Notes: generated by a model not told the origin, from the letters alone. Numbered from the stretch's first letter, positions 26,640-39,982 are shown. The stretch is 64,000 bases of DNA from Eledone cirrhosa (GCA_964016885.1 OZ024755.1:22258001-22322000), one strand, 5' to 3'. Program-made: numbers and translations.

Positions 26640-26809
26640 ACACATTGTCTTTACTGGACCTTTTTCTGTTTCTCCATTGTGATCCTGTCTCTATTTTGTA
26701 CTCCTGAAGAAGGGCTTAAGCCCAACATGTCAAACTTTTTTTCCTCTTTCCAATATAAAGTGTGAAACTAATAAGACTTTTTGTACCTCTGTTTGTTGTC
26801 TCCTTGAAC

Positions 26810-26815
<6 letters not shown>
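26640..26815 (+). mobile_element. Penelope-like pLTR fragment with broken hammerhead
   Basis: CTGAAGA-agggc ttaa gccc-aacatgtc (GAAA damaged), flanked by (TA)n. Confidence 0.5.
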
Positions 26816-26852
<37 letters not shown>

Positions 26853-26856
<4 letters not shown>

Positions 26857-27372
26857 CCTAGAAAAACCTGGGACGAGCTGATAAACTCCGACATCACACA
26901 CTTACACCTCTCCAAGACAATGTCACTGGATCGAGACCTTTGGCGGTACTCAGTAACAGAGAAGACCCGCCTTACCTAAAAATATATAGTAAAACCTACT
27001 CCAGCCAGTAGGCATCTCTAACAAAATACACCCCGTCCCACCACCACCACCCCCACCCCATCCACACCACCCCGTTCTATGTAAAGTTATGTTGGTGCCA
27101 CGCCATCGAGGCCGAAACAAATGAGATCGTGTAGGTGTCACGACAAAAAAACACACAGTCCACGCTGTAATGTGGCAACACGGTAAAAACCTCCCAGACC
27201 CACACTGTAAATGTGGTTGGTGTTAGGAAGGGCATCCAACTGTAGAAAACCTGCCAGACAGTCCTATGCGAGCAAGACAATCACTCTTGCCTCAAGTGGG
27301 ACTACCCCCGTCCAAACCCATGCAAGCGTGGAACACGGACGTTAAACGTTGATGATGATGATGATGATGATA
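26853..27372 (+). mobile_element. 5'-truncated RTE LINE copy (matches about 4909-5427) in (TA)n
   Basis: Near-identical to the 3' end of the 3947-5427 element. Confidence 0.93.
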
Positions 27373-27395
27373 TATATATATATATATATATATAT

Positions 27396-27730
27396 GGCTT
27401 AGTGGTTAGAGCATTGGCCTTGCAATCGAAAGGTTGTGAGTTCAATTCTCAGACCGGGTGATGTGTTGTTTCCTTGAGCAAGACACTTTATTTCACATTG
27501 CTCCAGTTTACTCAGCTGTAGAAATGAGATGATAGGGACTGGGGTCCCTATCATTCCACTGCAAAGTGGTCGTGGAGGTGCCACGGCAAAAAAGCACCCA
27601 GCACTCACTGTAAATGAGGTTGGTGTTAGGAAGGGCATCCAGCTGTAGAAATCAAGCCAGAATCAGTTCCTGTCCCACCCTTGCAAGCAGGGTAAAGCGG
27701 ACGTAAAATGAAATGATGAAATGATGATGA
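27396..27730 (+). mobile_element. Composite SINE: tRNA head, family-C core, RTE-type tail
   Basis: ggcttagtggttagagc A box, gagttcaattc B box, ccttgagcaagacactt core, ggttggtgttaggaagggcatcc..ggacgtaaaatga tail; second copy at 29567-29935. Confidence 0.8.
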
Positions 27731-28967
27731 TATATATATATATATTTGAAGGAATTTGTAGTTTGCTTGAAGCATTGTACATGGTATAAAAAATTCAAAG
27801 TTTGAAAGCCACGACAATGTGGGTTTGGACGGAGAGAATAATTAAATTGTAAGAAACAGGGCTTGTTTTTCTTACCTTAATTTTGAGATTAATATCTATT
27901 CCAGTGTCCGATATGGCTTGCTATACTATGCTGGCCAGTACACCAATACTTCATATATAGACCTCAGGATATGACTGGTATTTCATATATAGAGCCCAAC
28001 TTCATTTATTGACCCCAGTATTTCACTGATACTTTATTTATCAGCAAATTTAAACTCAAAACATAAAGACCCAGACCACAGACCACTCTCTACAAAGCAG
28101 TCCAGTGTTTCAATAGGAATTTTGCCAATCAATTGATTTATTTAGTAGTGTCCTTACTAACTAATATTCTATTTTCTATTCTGATCTGATAGCTCAAGTG
28201 ATAGATATCTTTAATACCAAGCAACAGCTACAATTTCTAATTGTATAATGGAATAGTGACAGCTTTTATATATTGAAAGAATATATTTTAAATTTCTTTG
28301 AAAATATATTTTTTTTCATATTTTTTTTTTAAGTCATATTTAAATAATTGATTTTCCTCGCTGATAAATTCAAAGTATTTTAACAATTATCTGCTTTATT
28401 TTATACAAGAAAATCACTGGCTAGTATTTACTTTTTGTTCTCGACAAATGTACCGCTAAATTTTCTTACAATGGTGTGATATCATTCATTTAGAAATGCA
28501 GCGTTGTAAAAGAAATTGGCAATTCTCTTTCAATTGGATCCCATTGCTAAAATCAAAATATCATCTGTGAAATGAGTCCACGATTCCTGACAGCAAATCA
28601 CTGATGTGACAAATGTGTTTTCAATCAAGAAACAGTCTCTTTTGTCTTGTTGCTATAGAAACATTAATCACACATACACTGCAATACAAATATTGTTGTC
28701 TCCTTGGTAGTTACATTTTGGATAATTACATAAACTCCCATAGAGATGATGATAGATACATTTCTGTTGTTGTTGTTACTAATAAATTCCATCATAACAA
28801 CATCCTTCTTAGGGACCATAGTAAAGATTCCAGTCTAACAGTTTAACTAATTAAGGCATATATTTGTTCTTAAGTATTTTATCATCCTGTAGTTGGGAAG
28901 ATATCAGACCAATTCCATTTATATTTTTGATCCTGCTCTTATAACTTGGTTGATATATATATATATC

Positions 28968-29192
28968 TATAAGGACTGGACATAAGCTGCCCCTGAATCA
29001 AGTATCTTTATCTTTATTTTTGTTCCTGTGTACACAACATGTGTTCACCATGATTCCTTTATAGCTGTTATGCAATGCACCTGATGATGTCACTGGAATC
29101 TTACTGGACATTGAAATATATATAGTGTCTGCAGGATAAAAACTTTAAAGGATTTTCAACTTTCCAGCCTCCTGTCACTTTATTCAATAATT
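28968..29192 (+). mobile_element. Penelope-like pLTR fragment with hammerhead-like motif (about 29076-29134)
   Basis: tgcac-CTGATGA-tgtca..tggaca-tt-GAAA-tatatatagtg-TC-tgca. Confidence 0.5.
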
Positions 29193-29196
29193 ATAT

Positions 29197-29300
29197 ATGC
29201 AAAAGGCAAACAGAAATAACAACACAATCAGTACAGTATATGGAAGGAATATATTAGGTTAATGCTTGAAATAGCAGGAAGAGGGTCTCAACGTTTCTGG
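29197..29300 (-). mobile_element. Partial reverse copy of the 39815-39982 pLTR family
   Basis: Reverse complement of gaaacgtt..ctcttcctgctat..aagc.ttaacctaatatat.ccttccatatactgtac. Confidence 0.8.
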
Positions 29301-29566
29301 TGCTAAGGAAAAGAAATCAAAAATGCAGCTGGAGTCTTTTTAAGAATATTTATTTATTTCCTTTGTCGGTTTCACAGTTCTTATGCTTTTCAAAAGTAGA
29401 ATTGAGATGGAGAGTTTGTGGTTTGTCTTGTATCAAATGTAAAACCTGTAAAGGAAACAAATAAATATTCTTAAAAAGACTCCATTTTCGATTTCTTTTC
29501 CTTATACTTTCACCCATGAAGGACATTTTGTTTTTTTATTAAAAAAAACTTCATTTTCTTATATTA

Positions 29567-29935
29567 TTTCTGACCGGGTGATGTGTTGTTTCCTTGAGCA
29601 AGACACTTTATTTCACATTGCTCCAGTTTACTCAGCTGTAGAAATGAGATGATAGGACTGGGGTCCCTATCATTCCACCGCAAAGTGGTCGTGGAGGTGC
29701 CACAGCAAAAAAGCACCCAGCCCACACTGTAAAGTGGACGCGTAGGCGCCAACAGAAAAAAAAACACCCAGCACTCACTGTAAATGAGGTTGGTGTTAGG
29801 AATGGCATCCAGCTGTAGAAATCAAGCCAGAATCAGTTCCTGTATGAGCAAGAGAAGGTCAGCCAACTGGACACTGCTCACAACAGGACAAGTCCCACCC
29901 TTGCAAGCAGGGAAAAGCGAATGTAAAATGAAAAA
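29567..29935 (+). mobile_element. Composite SINE (family-C core plus RTE-type tail), headless
   Basis: Matches 27450-27715 with longer internal modules. Confidence 0.8.
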
Positions 29936-30832
29936 AAATATATATATATCTATAAGTAAATAAGACCATCAAATATGTAAATCTGAATGTAGATACACCT
30001 AGAACAAATGCAAAGTCATCACTGAATGTCCTGAAAACAAAGCCAACAATAAACAAAACATCCAGGGGATAAGACCATCGAATACCAAACTTGTAACTAA
30101 TGAACCCATCAAAACAAAGCTAATTACTAACTAAATGACTATACTAGATCCAAGACATCCTCCATAATTCCTGTCTCACCTTCTCCACACGTTATACACA
30201 TGTTCTCCACACTACTTATACACAAATTTGTTTACACTTTACAGTTGATCATCTCTGTTTTCATATCAAAAGTGGGGTGTCATAATAATTTTTGTGATGT
30301 TGAGGTGGAGCACAGTGACACAAGAAGTTGGGAACCACTGGACCGAATTTATGAGGTGTTATATGATACTGAAAGATATAGATTTGGGTGTACAACAGGG
30401 TGTATAAATTCACATAGGTATGCCTAGCTTTATATACTCCATACAAGAATGTGCATCTATGAATTGATTTGTAAAATGAGGTCCCAGTTTCAGATGTTCA
30501 TATTGAGCTGAGGAGAGGTGGGGTGATGGGGGAGAGAAAGACAGGGGTGGGGGGGTGGATAATAGAGTGAGTGAGAGGGAGAGACAGAAAGAAAGGGACA
30601 GAGACAGAGAGTGAATGAGAGAGTGAGAGAGAAAGAGGGTGAGAGATGAAGACAGAGAGAAAGAGAGATAGACAGAGAGAGAGAGAGAGGGAGAGAGGGA
30701 GAGAGAGAGACAGGTGTTTAAATATAAGGTCTGTTTACTGATGAGAATAAAACATGATATGCACAATAATAAAACAAACAAAACGAACATGTATAATGAA
30801 ATTAGAAATCAGAGAACAGCTGTTGTAACACT

Positions 30833-32052
30833 GATGTGGAACAGAGTGGCACAGGGTGGAACAGAGTGGCACACACAGTGGTATACAGTGGCACAGAGTG
30901 ACACAGAGTGACACAGAGTGGCACACACAGTGGAACAGAGTGGCACAGGGTGGAACAGAGTGGCACACACAGTGGTATACAGTGGCACAGAGTGACACAG
31001 AGTGGCACACACAGTGGAACAGAGTGGCACAGGGTGGAACAGAGTGGCACACACAGTGGTATACAGTGGCACAGAGTGACACAGAGTGACACACACAGTG
31101 GTACAGAGTGGCACAGGGTGGAACAGAGTGGCACACACAGTGGTATACAGTGGCACAGAGTGACACAGAGTGACACACACAGTGGAACAGAGTGGCACAC
31201 ACAGTGGCAGTGGCGCACACAGTGGTACACACAGTGGCACCGAATGGCACAGAGTGTCACAGGGTGGCACATACAGTGACGCACACAGTGGTACACAGTG
31301 GAACCGAATGGCACAGTGACACAGGGTGGCACATACAGTGACGCACACAGTGGCACCGAATGGCACAGAGTGACACAGGGTGGCACACACAGTGGCACCG
31401 AATGGCACAGAGTGACGCAGGGTGGCACATACAGTGACGCACACAGTGGCACCGAATGGCACAGAGTGACACAGGGTGGCACATACAGTGGCACACACAG
31501 TGGCACACACAGTGGCACCGAATGGCACAGAGTGACACAGGGTGGCACATACAGTGGCACACACAGTGGCACCGAATGGCACAGAGTGACACAGGGTGGC
31601 ACATACAGTGGCGCACACAGTGGCACCGAATGGCACAGAGTGACACAGGGTGGCACACACAGTGGCACCGAATGGCACAGAGTGACACAGGGTGGCACAT
31701 ACAGTGGCACACACAGTGGCACCGAATGGCACAGAGTGACGCAGGGTGGCACATACAGTGGCACACACAGTGGCACCGAATGGCACAGAGTGACACAGGG
31801 TGGCACATACAGTGGCACACACAGTGGCACCGAATGGCACAGAGTGACACAGGGTGGCACATACAGTGGCACACACAGTGGCACCGAATGGCACAGAGTG
31901 ACGCAGGGTGGCACATACAGTGACGCACACAGGGGTACACAGTGGCACCGAATGGCACAGAGTGACACAGGGTGGCACATACAGTGGCACAGAATAGCAC
32001 AGAGTGACACAGGGTGGAACACCCAGTGGCACACCCAGTGGGCACACAGTGG
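30833..32052. repeat. 1.2-kb satellite built from (CAGTGGCACA)-like monomers, two higher-order domains
   Basis: tggaacagag-type units to about 31200, ccgaatggcacagag-type 54-bp units after; ORFs here are repeat artefacts. Confidence 0.95.
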
Positions 32053-32303
32053 TTTCCACGAACAATTATTAGTTAGGTTCTCAGGAAAATTCTGCAAATA
32101 ACCGTCACCACGAATGCCAGGACCCCAAATGCTGGGGGTACACTTGTATCTGTAGCTGTGGTGTGTCATGGGATGAGCTCAAATGAAATGCTGTTAACCC
32201 TAGGTCAGTTCAATCAAGATGGACTGACCCCTAAACAGCAACAACATATCCACTTGGAGGAGGGAAAGCTAAATTAATGTAACATTTAAACCCAGAAATA
32301 AAT

Positions 32304-32480
32304 ATTGTTTCTACTTTTGGCACAAGGCCAGCACTTACCCCAGTACATTACTGGTACTTTATTTTATCGACCCCATAAGGATGAAAGGCAAAGTTAACCT
32401 CGGCGGGATTTGAACTCAGACTGTAAAGGGACATAACTATGCTGGAAAGCATGGCGTCTGACCCGCTACCGATACTGCCA
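32304..32480 (-). mobile_element. SINE A
   Basis: Motif match. Confidence 0.88.
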
Positions 32481-33197
32481 GGGGCTCAGTTGTTTTGGCC
32501 ATGTAATGTTCCTACCCATTTCAGACGTATCAGTTACCTAAATGGAGAGAACTGGTTTCCTCTGGGTAGCAATGCCTCTGAGTTTACAGACTTAACTCTT
32601 TGAAGTCGGACTCATTGTTCTGTGTGCAGTCTACAACCCTGGGCATCTGCACAGTCACACACACAGACACACAATGACACACACACACACAATGACAGAC
32701 ACACAAACGCGAACATGCACAGACACAAACACACAGATACAAACACACACATACATATTCACAAAACACACATACATACACACACACATTAGGTGTTTAT
32801 GAAGCATCCTTAACGTCCAATACACTTCAGATTCCCTTATATAATGCATGTTACCTTCATTGTGCAACTTTTGCAGATTAATTCATCAAAGCTGCACTTT
32901 TATTCATAACTTACATTCCACAACACAAGCTTCTTTCATTTCGTTTCGTCCGTATTTTTTCATCCAACCCATTTTTTTAATTTTTTTTATATTTAATTTT
33001 TTTTTTTCACATCTACAAGTAATGTATTATTCTGTAACGATACATTATCTTCCATGAGAGATAAAAGGTTGAGTAGAGGAGAAAGGGGAGGGGGAGGGGA
33101 GAAGAGGGAGAGGGGAAAAGAATAAAAAGAATATGGGAAATTGCAGAGAGCAGAAAAAAAAGTACCAAGTTTCACTCCCTAACTGATAGACACACTA

Positions 33198-33241
33198 CTC
33201 TCTCTCTCTCCACACACATATATATATATATGTGTGTGTGT

Positions 33242-33317
<76 letters not shown>

Positions 33318-33585
33318 GTGTGTGTGTGTGTGTGTATATATATATGTGTGTGTGTGTGTATATATATGTATGTGTGTGTGTATATATATGTATGTGTGTG
33401 TGTATATATATGTATGTGTGTGTGTATATATATGTATGTGTGTGTATATATATATGTATGTGTGTGTATATATATATGTATGTGTGTGTATATATATGTG
33501 TATGTGTGTGTGTATATATGTGTGTGTGTATATATATATATATACATACATATATATGTGAACACACACACACATATATATATAA
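33198..33585. repeat. Compound CT/CA/TG/TA microsatellite
   Basis: (CA)n directly followed by (TG)n. Confidence 0.95.
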
Positions 33586-34247
33586 CTGGGAGATGGCAAG
33601 GTTTACTTCCTTTTAAATATTATAGCTCTGATTAACACTATTATTATTCACAACATGAACTGCTAAAACATTTTTTCTTCTAATATTGGAGATTAATGGA
33701 ATTTTATTGATTATTTTTCACTTCTTTTTTCCCAATCTAATTTTTACCTATCAGAGGTTAACATCATACAAAAAAAAAAAAATCTAAACAAGGATTGAAC
33801 CCATCTTCTCTATCGTGTCATCAAAATTGTTGTTTATGAGCTCACATCAATTAGATTATTATTTCCTTTGTGTAAAGAAATAAAAATTGTTGTCATTTTC
33901 GACAAAATCCTATTTTTTTTTTCTTTTTGTTAATTCTGCTCACTACCAACATTTTTTCAATGAATCATTTATGTATGCCATATATGTTTATATATAAGTT
34001 GTACCCCAGTAGATATGTTGCATGTCCATTTTACATGAGGTAGATGTGGGATCTGTAAGCCATGGAGAAGGCAACCTGTCTAGGAGAACTGTCACTCTGA
34101 ATAAGAACTGGTACAGAGTAAAGGGGGCCCTTCAGGCTGGTAAGACAACTTCTCTAGTGATGGTGACAAGATAAAATGTAGCCAGTACTTGCAGTAAAGT
34201 GGTTGGTGATAGGGAGGGTATCTAGGCAGTAAAAACTTGCCGAAACT

Positions 34248-34597
34248 ACTAATGAGGTAGCTTATAGACAAGCTAATGAGGGAGCTTATGGACAAGCTAA
34301 TGAAGGAACTATAGACAGGCTAATGAGACAGCTTACAGTCAAGCTAATGAAAGAGTTTATAGACAATCTAATGAGGGAGCTTCTAGACAAGCTAATGAAT
34401 GAACTATAGACAAGCTAATGAGGTGACTTATATACAAGCTACTGAGGTGACTTATTGACAAGCTACTGAGGGGGCTTATAGACAAGCTACTGAGGGAACT
34501 TATAGACAAGCTAACGAGGGAACTTATAGACAAGCTAATAAGGGAATTTATAAACAAGCTACTGGGGTAGCTTATAGACAAGCTAATGTAGGAGCTT
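34248..34597. repeat. 24-bp minisatellite, about 14 diverged copies
   Basis: Unit agcttatagacaagctaatgaggg. Confidence 0.92.
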
Positions 34598-35400
34598 CCA
34601 TGTTGTGTAACTGGTTTTAAAATAATTTCATTCCAGATGTAGTTTGCCTTTCACATTGATGAATTGGCGGAGTCCTAAAAATGTTGGATAAAACGTTGTC
34701 TTGCTGTGTTTGTTCTACCTCTCTGTGCAGACAGAGTTCAAGTCTCCCTGAGATCAACTTTACCTTTCATCCTTTCAGGGGTGATAAAATAAAGTACCAG
34801 ATGAGGGCAGTGAATTTGAAGGAGATTTGGCTGTTGTTTCTAGGAGAGCTAGTGACAATGTAGAGGTGGCTCAATTGTTGGTTCAAACATTATTAACAAA
34901 GAGGAGATTAGCATAAATGATAAGCAAATATCAATGTGAGGTTGTGAGTTCAATTCCCAGGCCAGTCGTCACGTTATGTCCTTGAGCAAGACACTTTATT
35001 TCATGTTGTTCTTTCTGCCAGGTGTTACAACTAGTAGATAGTATCAGTAACGGAAAGACCAATGGGAACATCGTTTCCTTGGTCCAATTTGTTGAGTTAG
35101 TGAATAAGGTCTGAGATTTTGTTGATTCAATCAATCAATTAATATTTCATGTTTTGAGAATGTATCAACTCACAATAGATCCTTAAATTCTTGGATCTCT
35201 GAGATTCTTACTTTTGGTTCAGAAAACATGATTTTTTTTTTCTGCTAATAACATTTTTTTAATATCAAATTTTATTCTTATGCATTTGCTTTTTAAGTAA
35301 ATTTAAATCTCAACTTTTTTTAACAATGAATTTTATTTTAAATAAAAATTTCAAATAAATGTTAATATTTAATTTTTTGATAGTATATATATATTTTTAT

Positions 35401-35593
35401 TTAATCGTTTACCATTTAAACCAGCCATATCCAGCTAGAATTATCTCACCTCTTTCTGTTCAAACAGGCTGTAACTGGCCACTCATACTGATATTAAGGT
35501 ATTGTTCTCCAATTAAATGATATCAAAGATAATTATGTGAAGTAAAGCCTTTACTGTGAAAATATAATAGTATATATAGAGTTAAAGGGTTAA
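35401..35593 (+). mobile_element. piggyBac-type MITE, diverged
   Basis: TTAA..catttaaaccagccat ... taaaGGG-TTAA. Confidence 0.8.
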
Positions 35594-36444
35594 AAAAAGC
35601 TTGTTATATTAAGATTTAAAAAAAAAAAATTTGTGTTATTAATCCCTATCAACTAATATTAGAAAAAGTCCTTGATGAAATTTTTAATGGATAAATATAC
35701 TGAAATTTTATGTTTTAATTAGAGGAAAAATTTAGATTAGAATTTTTGCAGGGTTTATGAATTCTTTTTCAAAGGAGAAGTTGAAATTTTCAAATTGATA
35801 AAATCAATAAAAAAAAAAAAAATCAATATCGATAAAAATCAATTAAAAAGTTAAATCAATATTGATAAAATTAATTAAGAAATTAAATCAGAATTCAAAT
35901 TGAAATTCAAATCAATCAACATTTTTGTGAATTGATTCTCATCCAGATCTTTGACTTTGGTTCAAGGAAACATCTGTTTTATCAATTTGGAATTTCAAAC
36001 TGAAAAATAATTGGGGAACGAAAATAAACAAAAATACAAGAACCTCCAAAATATTGGTATTGAAATTCCCAATCTTTGTTGTTTTTTAACAGCTCCTGAA
36101 AAATGGTACTCTACTCAAATAGAAAGACCAAAAAGTGAAAGGCTAATTTTATGGCAATAACCTTTCAGAAAGAGGCTAAGTTTTCATCGTTTTCATCTTG
36201 ATTTTAATAGTTTTGATAATAACAATTGTTTCTCCTTTTGGTACAAGGCCAGCAATTATCCAACTTCTATTTTAATAGGGACACAGATGAGGTTTACAGC
36301 TGAAACAAGGTACCAGCCAGATGGAAGGTTACATAGTGGTGACACACTACTGTTGATAGGACAAGAAACAACTAAGAGAGATACTTGGAAAGACTAGAAG
36401 GCACAAGACAGCAGAGAACACTAAGATGGCCGACTGAATATGCA

Positions 36445-36660
36445 CATGTTTTTTTTTCTCATTTTCCATGTTCCTTCTTCTCATCACTCTTTATTTTTCT
36501 ATTTATCGTTGATTTCTAACTATCTTCTGGTGAAGGACTAGTGTCTGAAACGTTAAGACTCTCTTCCTGTTATTTCAAGCATTAAACTAATATATTCTTC
36601 CATGTATTAAACCTTTTGTTTTGTTATTTTTTGTTATTTTTGTTAATACTTTTACCTACA
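36445..36660 (+). mobile_element. Penelope-like pLTR fragment with degenerate hammerhead (36523-36558)
   Basis: tctt-CTGGTGA-aggac tagt gtct-GAAA-cg-TT-aaga. Confidence 0.7.
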
Positions 36661-36697
36661 TATATGTGTGTATACATACATACACACATATATATAT

Positions 36698-37063
<366 letters not shown>

Positions 37064-37067
37064 ATAT

Positions 37068-37240
37068 AGTCTGCAGGGAGAATACAAATCAAAGGAGTAC
37101 TCTACAGAAAAAGTAGAAAAAAGTAGAGTGGGTCTAGAAGGAAGGGAAAAACCTGACTGCGACATCTACCGGTTTCTGCTTGTATTCGAATACAAGTCGA
37201 AACCACTAGGTGTCCCGGTTAGGTTTTTATCTTTCTTTAT
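37068..37240 (-). mobile_element. Fold-back element between (TA)n tracts
   Basis: aaaaacctgac..acatcta..ggtttc..cttgtattc|gaatacaag..gaaacc..taggtgt..gttaggttttt. Confidence 0.7.
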
Positions 37241-37690
37241 ATATATATAATGATGGCTGCAACTCAATTTTGAGTAGTGCCATTGCTTGATACTCAAGCA
37301 CGAGTATCACAGATGTGGCTTTTTAGTCATGCTAGACTTGCTTGTGGCCAACAATGACATGCATTGCAAAAAATGTCACATTTCAAGTGATACTTGAAGC
37401 CTCTTTAAATGTGGAAAGGCTTTGCATGGGGTCAATCTCACTCTCTGAACCCCAAAAGAACTGGTCTACATCATTGGATACAAACGAAGTCACAGGTTTT
37501 ATATCAGAGTGACCTTCTCCTAGAGAGATGTCTTAATGAAAACTAGGGGTCTCTTGCTCCACACACAAAAAAAGAAAAAATACTTTATTGGATGGCCATT
37601 GACTCTTCTGACCCCCCCCCCCCCCCCCCCCTTTGATGAGTTTTGTTTTTCATCCTGCAGGGTGTCCATATATATATATATATATATATA

Positions 37691-37873
37691 AGTAGAAGGG
37701 ATATTTAATTTGTTGGAAATCCGACAAATATAAATGTTTATAACTGATTCAGAGCACTCGACAGGTTTATGGAGTATAATATTCAATGATATTAAATAAA
37801 TGGAAACTATATTTATAAAATCATATTTATTTTAAATATGGTTTTATAAATATAGTTTCTATTTATTTAATAT

Positions 37874-37882
<9 letters not shown>
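37691..37882. mobile_element. Fold-back element between (TA)n tracts (palindrome 37784-37878)
   Basis: caatgatattaaataaatggaaactatatttataaaatcatattta / taaatatggttttataaatatagtttctatttatttaatatcattg. Confidence 0.75.
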
Positions 37883-37905
<23 letters not shown>

Positions 37906-38024
37906 TCCCGTATAAGCAAGACAAGGTCAGCCGACCGGGCACTGCCCACAACAGGACAACCCATCTAACCCATGCTAGCGTGGAAGAACGGACGTAAAAC
38001 GCTGATGATGATGATGATATATAT

Positions 38025-38575
38025 ATATATTAAAATTAAGTGTGAAAAATCTCTATTTATGGGAGTACAAACAAGATAGACAAAAAAATATTCTGTCTAA
38101 ACTCACTTATCTCTACCATGGTTTCATATGGAGAAGAATTCTTATTGGAACCACCAAGAATCTGCCATACTCTTCAAGGGGATTATTAAACTACTCCGTA
38201 ATTTTTCGAATTTTAGCTGACGGTCTTTTGGATGCTATTTCTAGCGACATTATAAGCCTGTCACATCATCCTAATATGCTAGGGGATTTTTGATCATGTA
38301 ACGTTTATACGCGTTTTTCATTCCAGCGTGCTACCTCAGCAAATGGAACAGTATGTATGTTTTCTTGGTAAATTTCTCTTAGATTTCGAAGAATTAAACT
38401 CCCCTGAAGAGTATGGTGGATTCTTCAATTATTGGAGGTTCTAATAAGAATTCTTCCTCATACGGAACCATGGTATGGAAATCTATATAGAAGTGAGTTT
38501 AGATAGAATGTTCTTTTATTTATCTTGTCTGTACTCCCATAAATAGAGTTTTTTCTTACTTAATTTTAATATATA
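38025..38575. mobile_element. MITE or fold-back with long (about 160-bp) diverged inverted arms
   Basis: ctctatttatgggagtaca / tgtactcccataaatagag; ccatactcttca / tgaagagtatgg; both termini tatatattaaaattaagt. Confidence 0.75.
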
Positions 38576-39103
38576 ATATTGCTTCTTGAGTTCCCTTAAG
38601 TTCCCATGAAATTTTTTTTAGCACCCCACCCCGAGAGCTTGTGGAAACTTTAGCACCTGCCTCCAATACGCTTGAGTGCTGATAGAAATTATTGAGCAAG
38701 CCCCTCCCCAGAATTCCCTTGAGTGCACATGGAAATTTTTGAGCATCCCGCAATTCCATTGAGTACCTGTAGAAATCTTTTTAAAGCAATGTATGTTTGA
38801 GGTCATGCATCCATTCCTGGGGTGACATGATAGCTGATAAATTAAAAGACTGTTGTGAGGGAATATGGAATGGAGGCAGGGCAAGATGTTTTGTTTTTAA
38901 AAATATTAGAAAAAGAAAAATTATATCTCCTGCATGTCACACAAAAAATGTTTTCGTCTGCCACCTTGGGGCGGGCACACAGTTTATGGTTTGACCACTG
39001 TTAGTATAGCATATAAGAGTGCTGGAGAATGTCAGAGAATGGTAGAAAGAAGGAAATGTAGAGAAATATGAAAGAAACTAGGGTTTACATAAAAGGAAAT
39101 ATG

Positions 39104-39216
<113 letters not shown>

Positions 39217-39271
39217 AATAGAAAAAACGAAGAAGTTTCGTTTACATGTGAAAAATAGTTATTGTGTATCG

Positions 39272-39341
39272 ACCTGTTACGCGCGTTTCGCAGAGGATTG
39301 GCTCAAGGTAACTCCAGTATTGATCTGCTCGTCAGACTGGT
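39272..39341 (-). ncRNA. Type I minimal hammerhead ribozyme (Penelope-like), intact core
   Basis: Minus strand: accagt-CTGACGA-GCAGA(29-nt loop)TCTGC-GAAA-CGCGCG-TA^acaggt. Confidence 0.8.
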
Positions 39342-39814
39342 GATGTGACAAAAAATTATATTTTTATTCCCACAACGATATATATATATTTATATATATA
39401 TTCCTATCGCTTTCTCTTGATCATTAACATCTTCTCTTACAACTAATACAGGCCGACTATATATGCTCACTCCACTTTTCCCTTCACTGCTCTGTATACA
39501 CACATATACACCCTTATATTAACATACTTTTGCTCATAGCTTCGTATTTACATGCACACACACTTTTTTACTCACATATACACACACATTTCTTCTTAGC
39601 TTCGTACGGACGTATAATAACACACACATGCTTATGCACGTGCACAAGTATAGCTCTTTTTACAAAACGTTATTTTCTCCATTTCAGGTAGACGCGTTCC
39701 ATCATCCACTTTTCTAAAAAAATAAATCATACACAAAACAGCAGCACCAATAGTTTTGCAAGAGATGTCAACATGAATGGACCTATTATTTTTATCTAAA
39801 GACATTTTTTCCAA

Positions 39815-39982
39815 TTCCAACTCGCCCGTTCCCTCAATCTATCTTATTTCTCATTCTTTCTTCTTATGAAGGACTAGCGTCCGAAACGTTAAGAACCTCT
39901 TCCTGCTATATCAAGCGTTAACCTAATATATCCCTTCCATATACTGTACCGATTGTGTTGTTATTTCTGTTTACCTTTTACA
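39815..39982 (+). mobile_element. Penelope-like pLTR fragment with hammerhead (39858-39895)
   Basis: ttctt-CTTATGA-aggac tagc gtcc-GAAA-cg-TT-aagaa; ends in (TA)n. Confidence 0.72.

Noticed and set aside
30200-30427. 75-aa ORF with protein-like composition
   Set aside because: No recognisable domain; overlaps what looks like a hAT-MITE end (ttgggaaccactg)
32535-32650. Minus-strand exon candidate (tgcAG ... tagGTAACT)
   Set aside because: Stop codons in all three frames; the acceptor lies in a TG repeat
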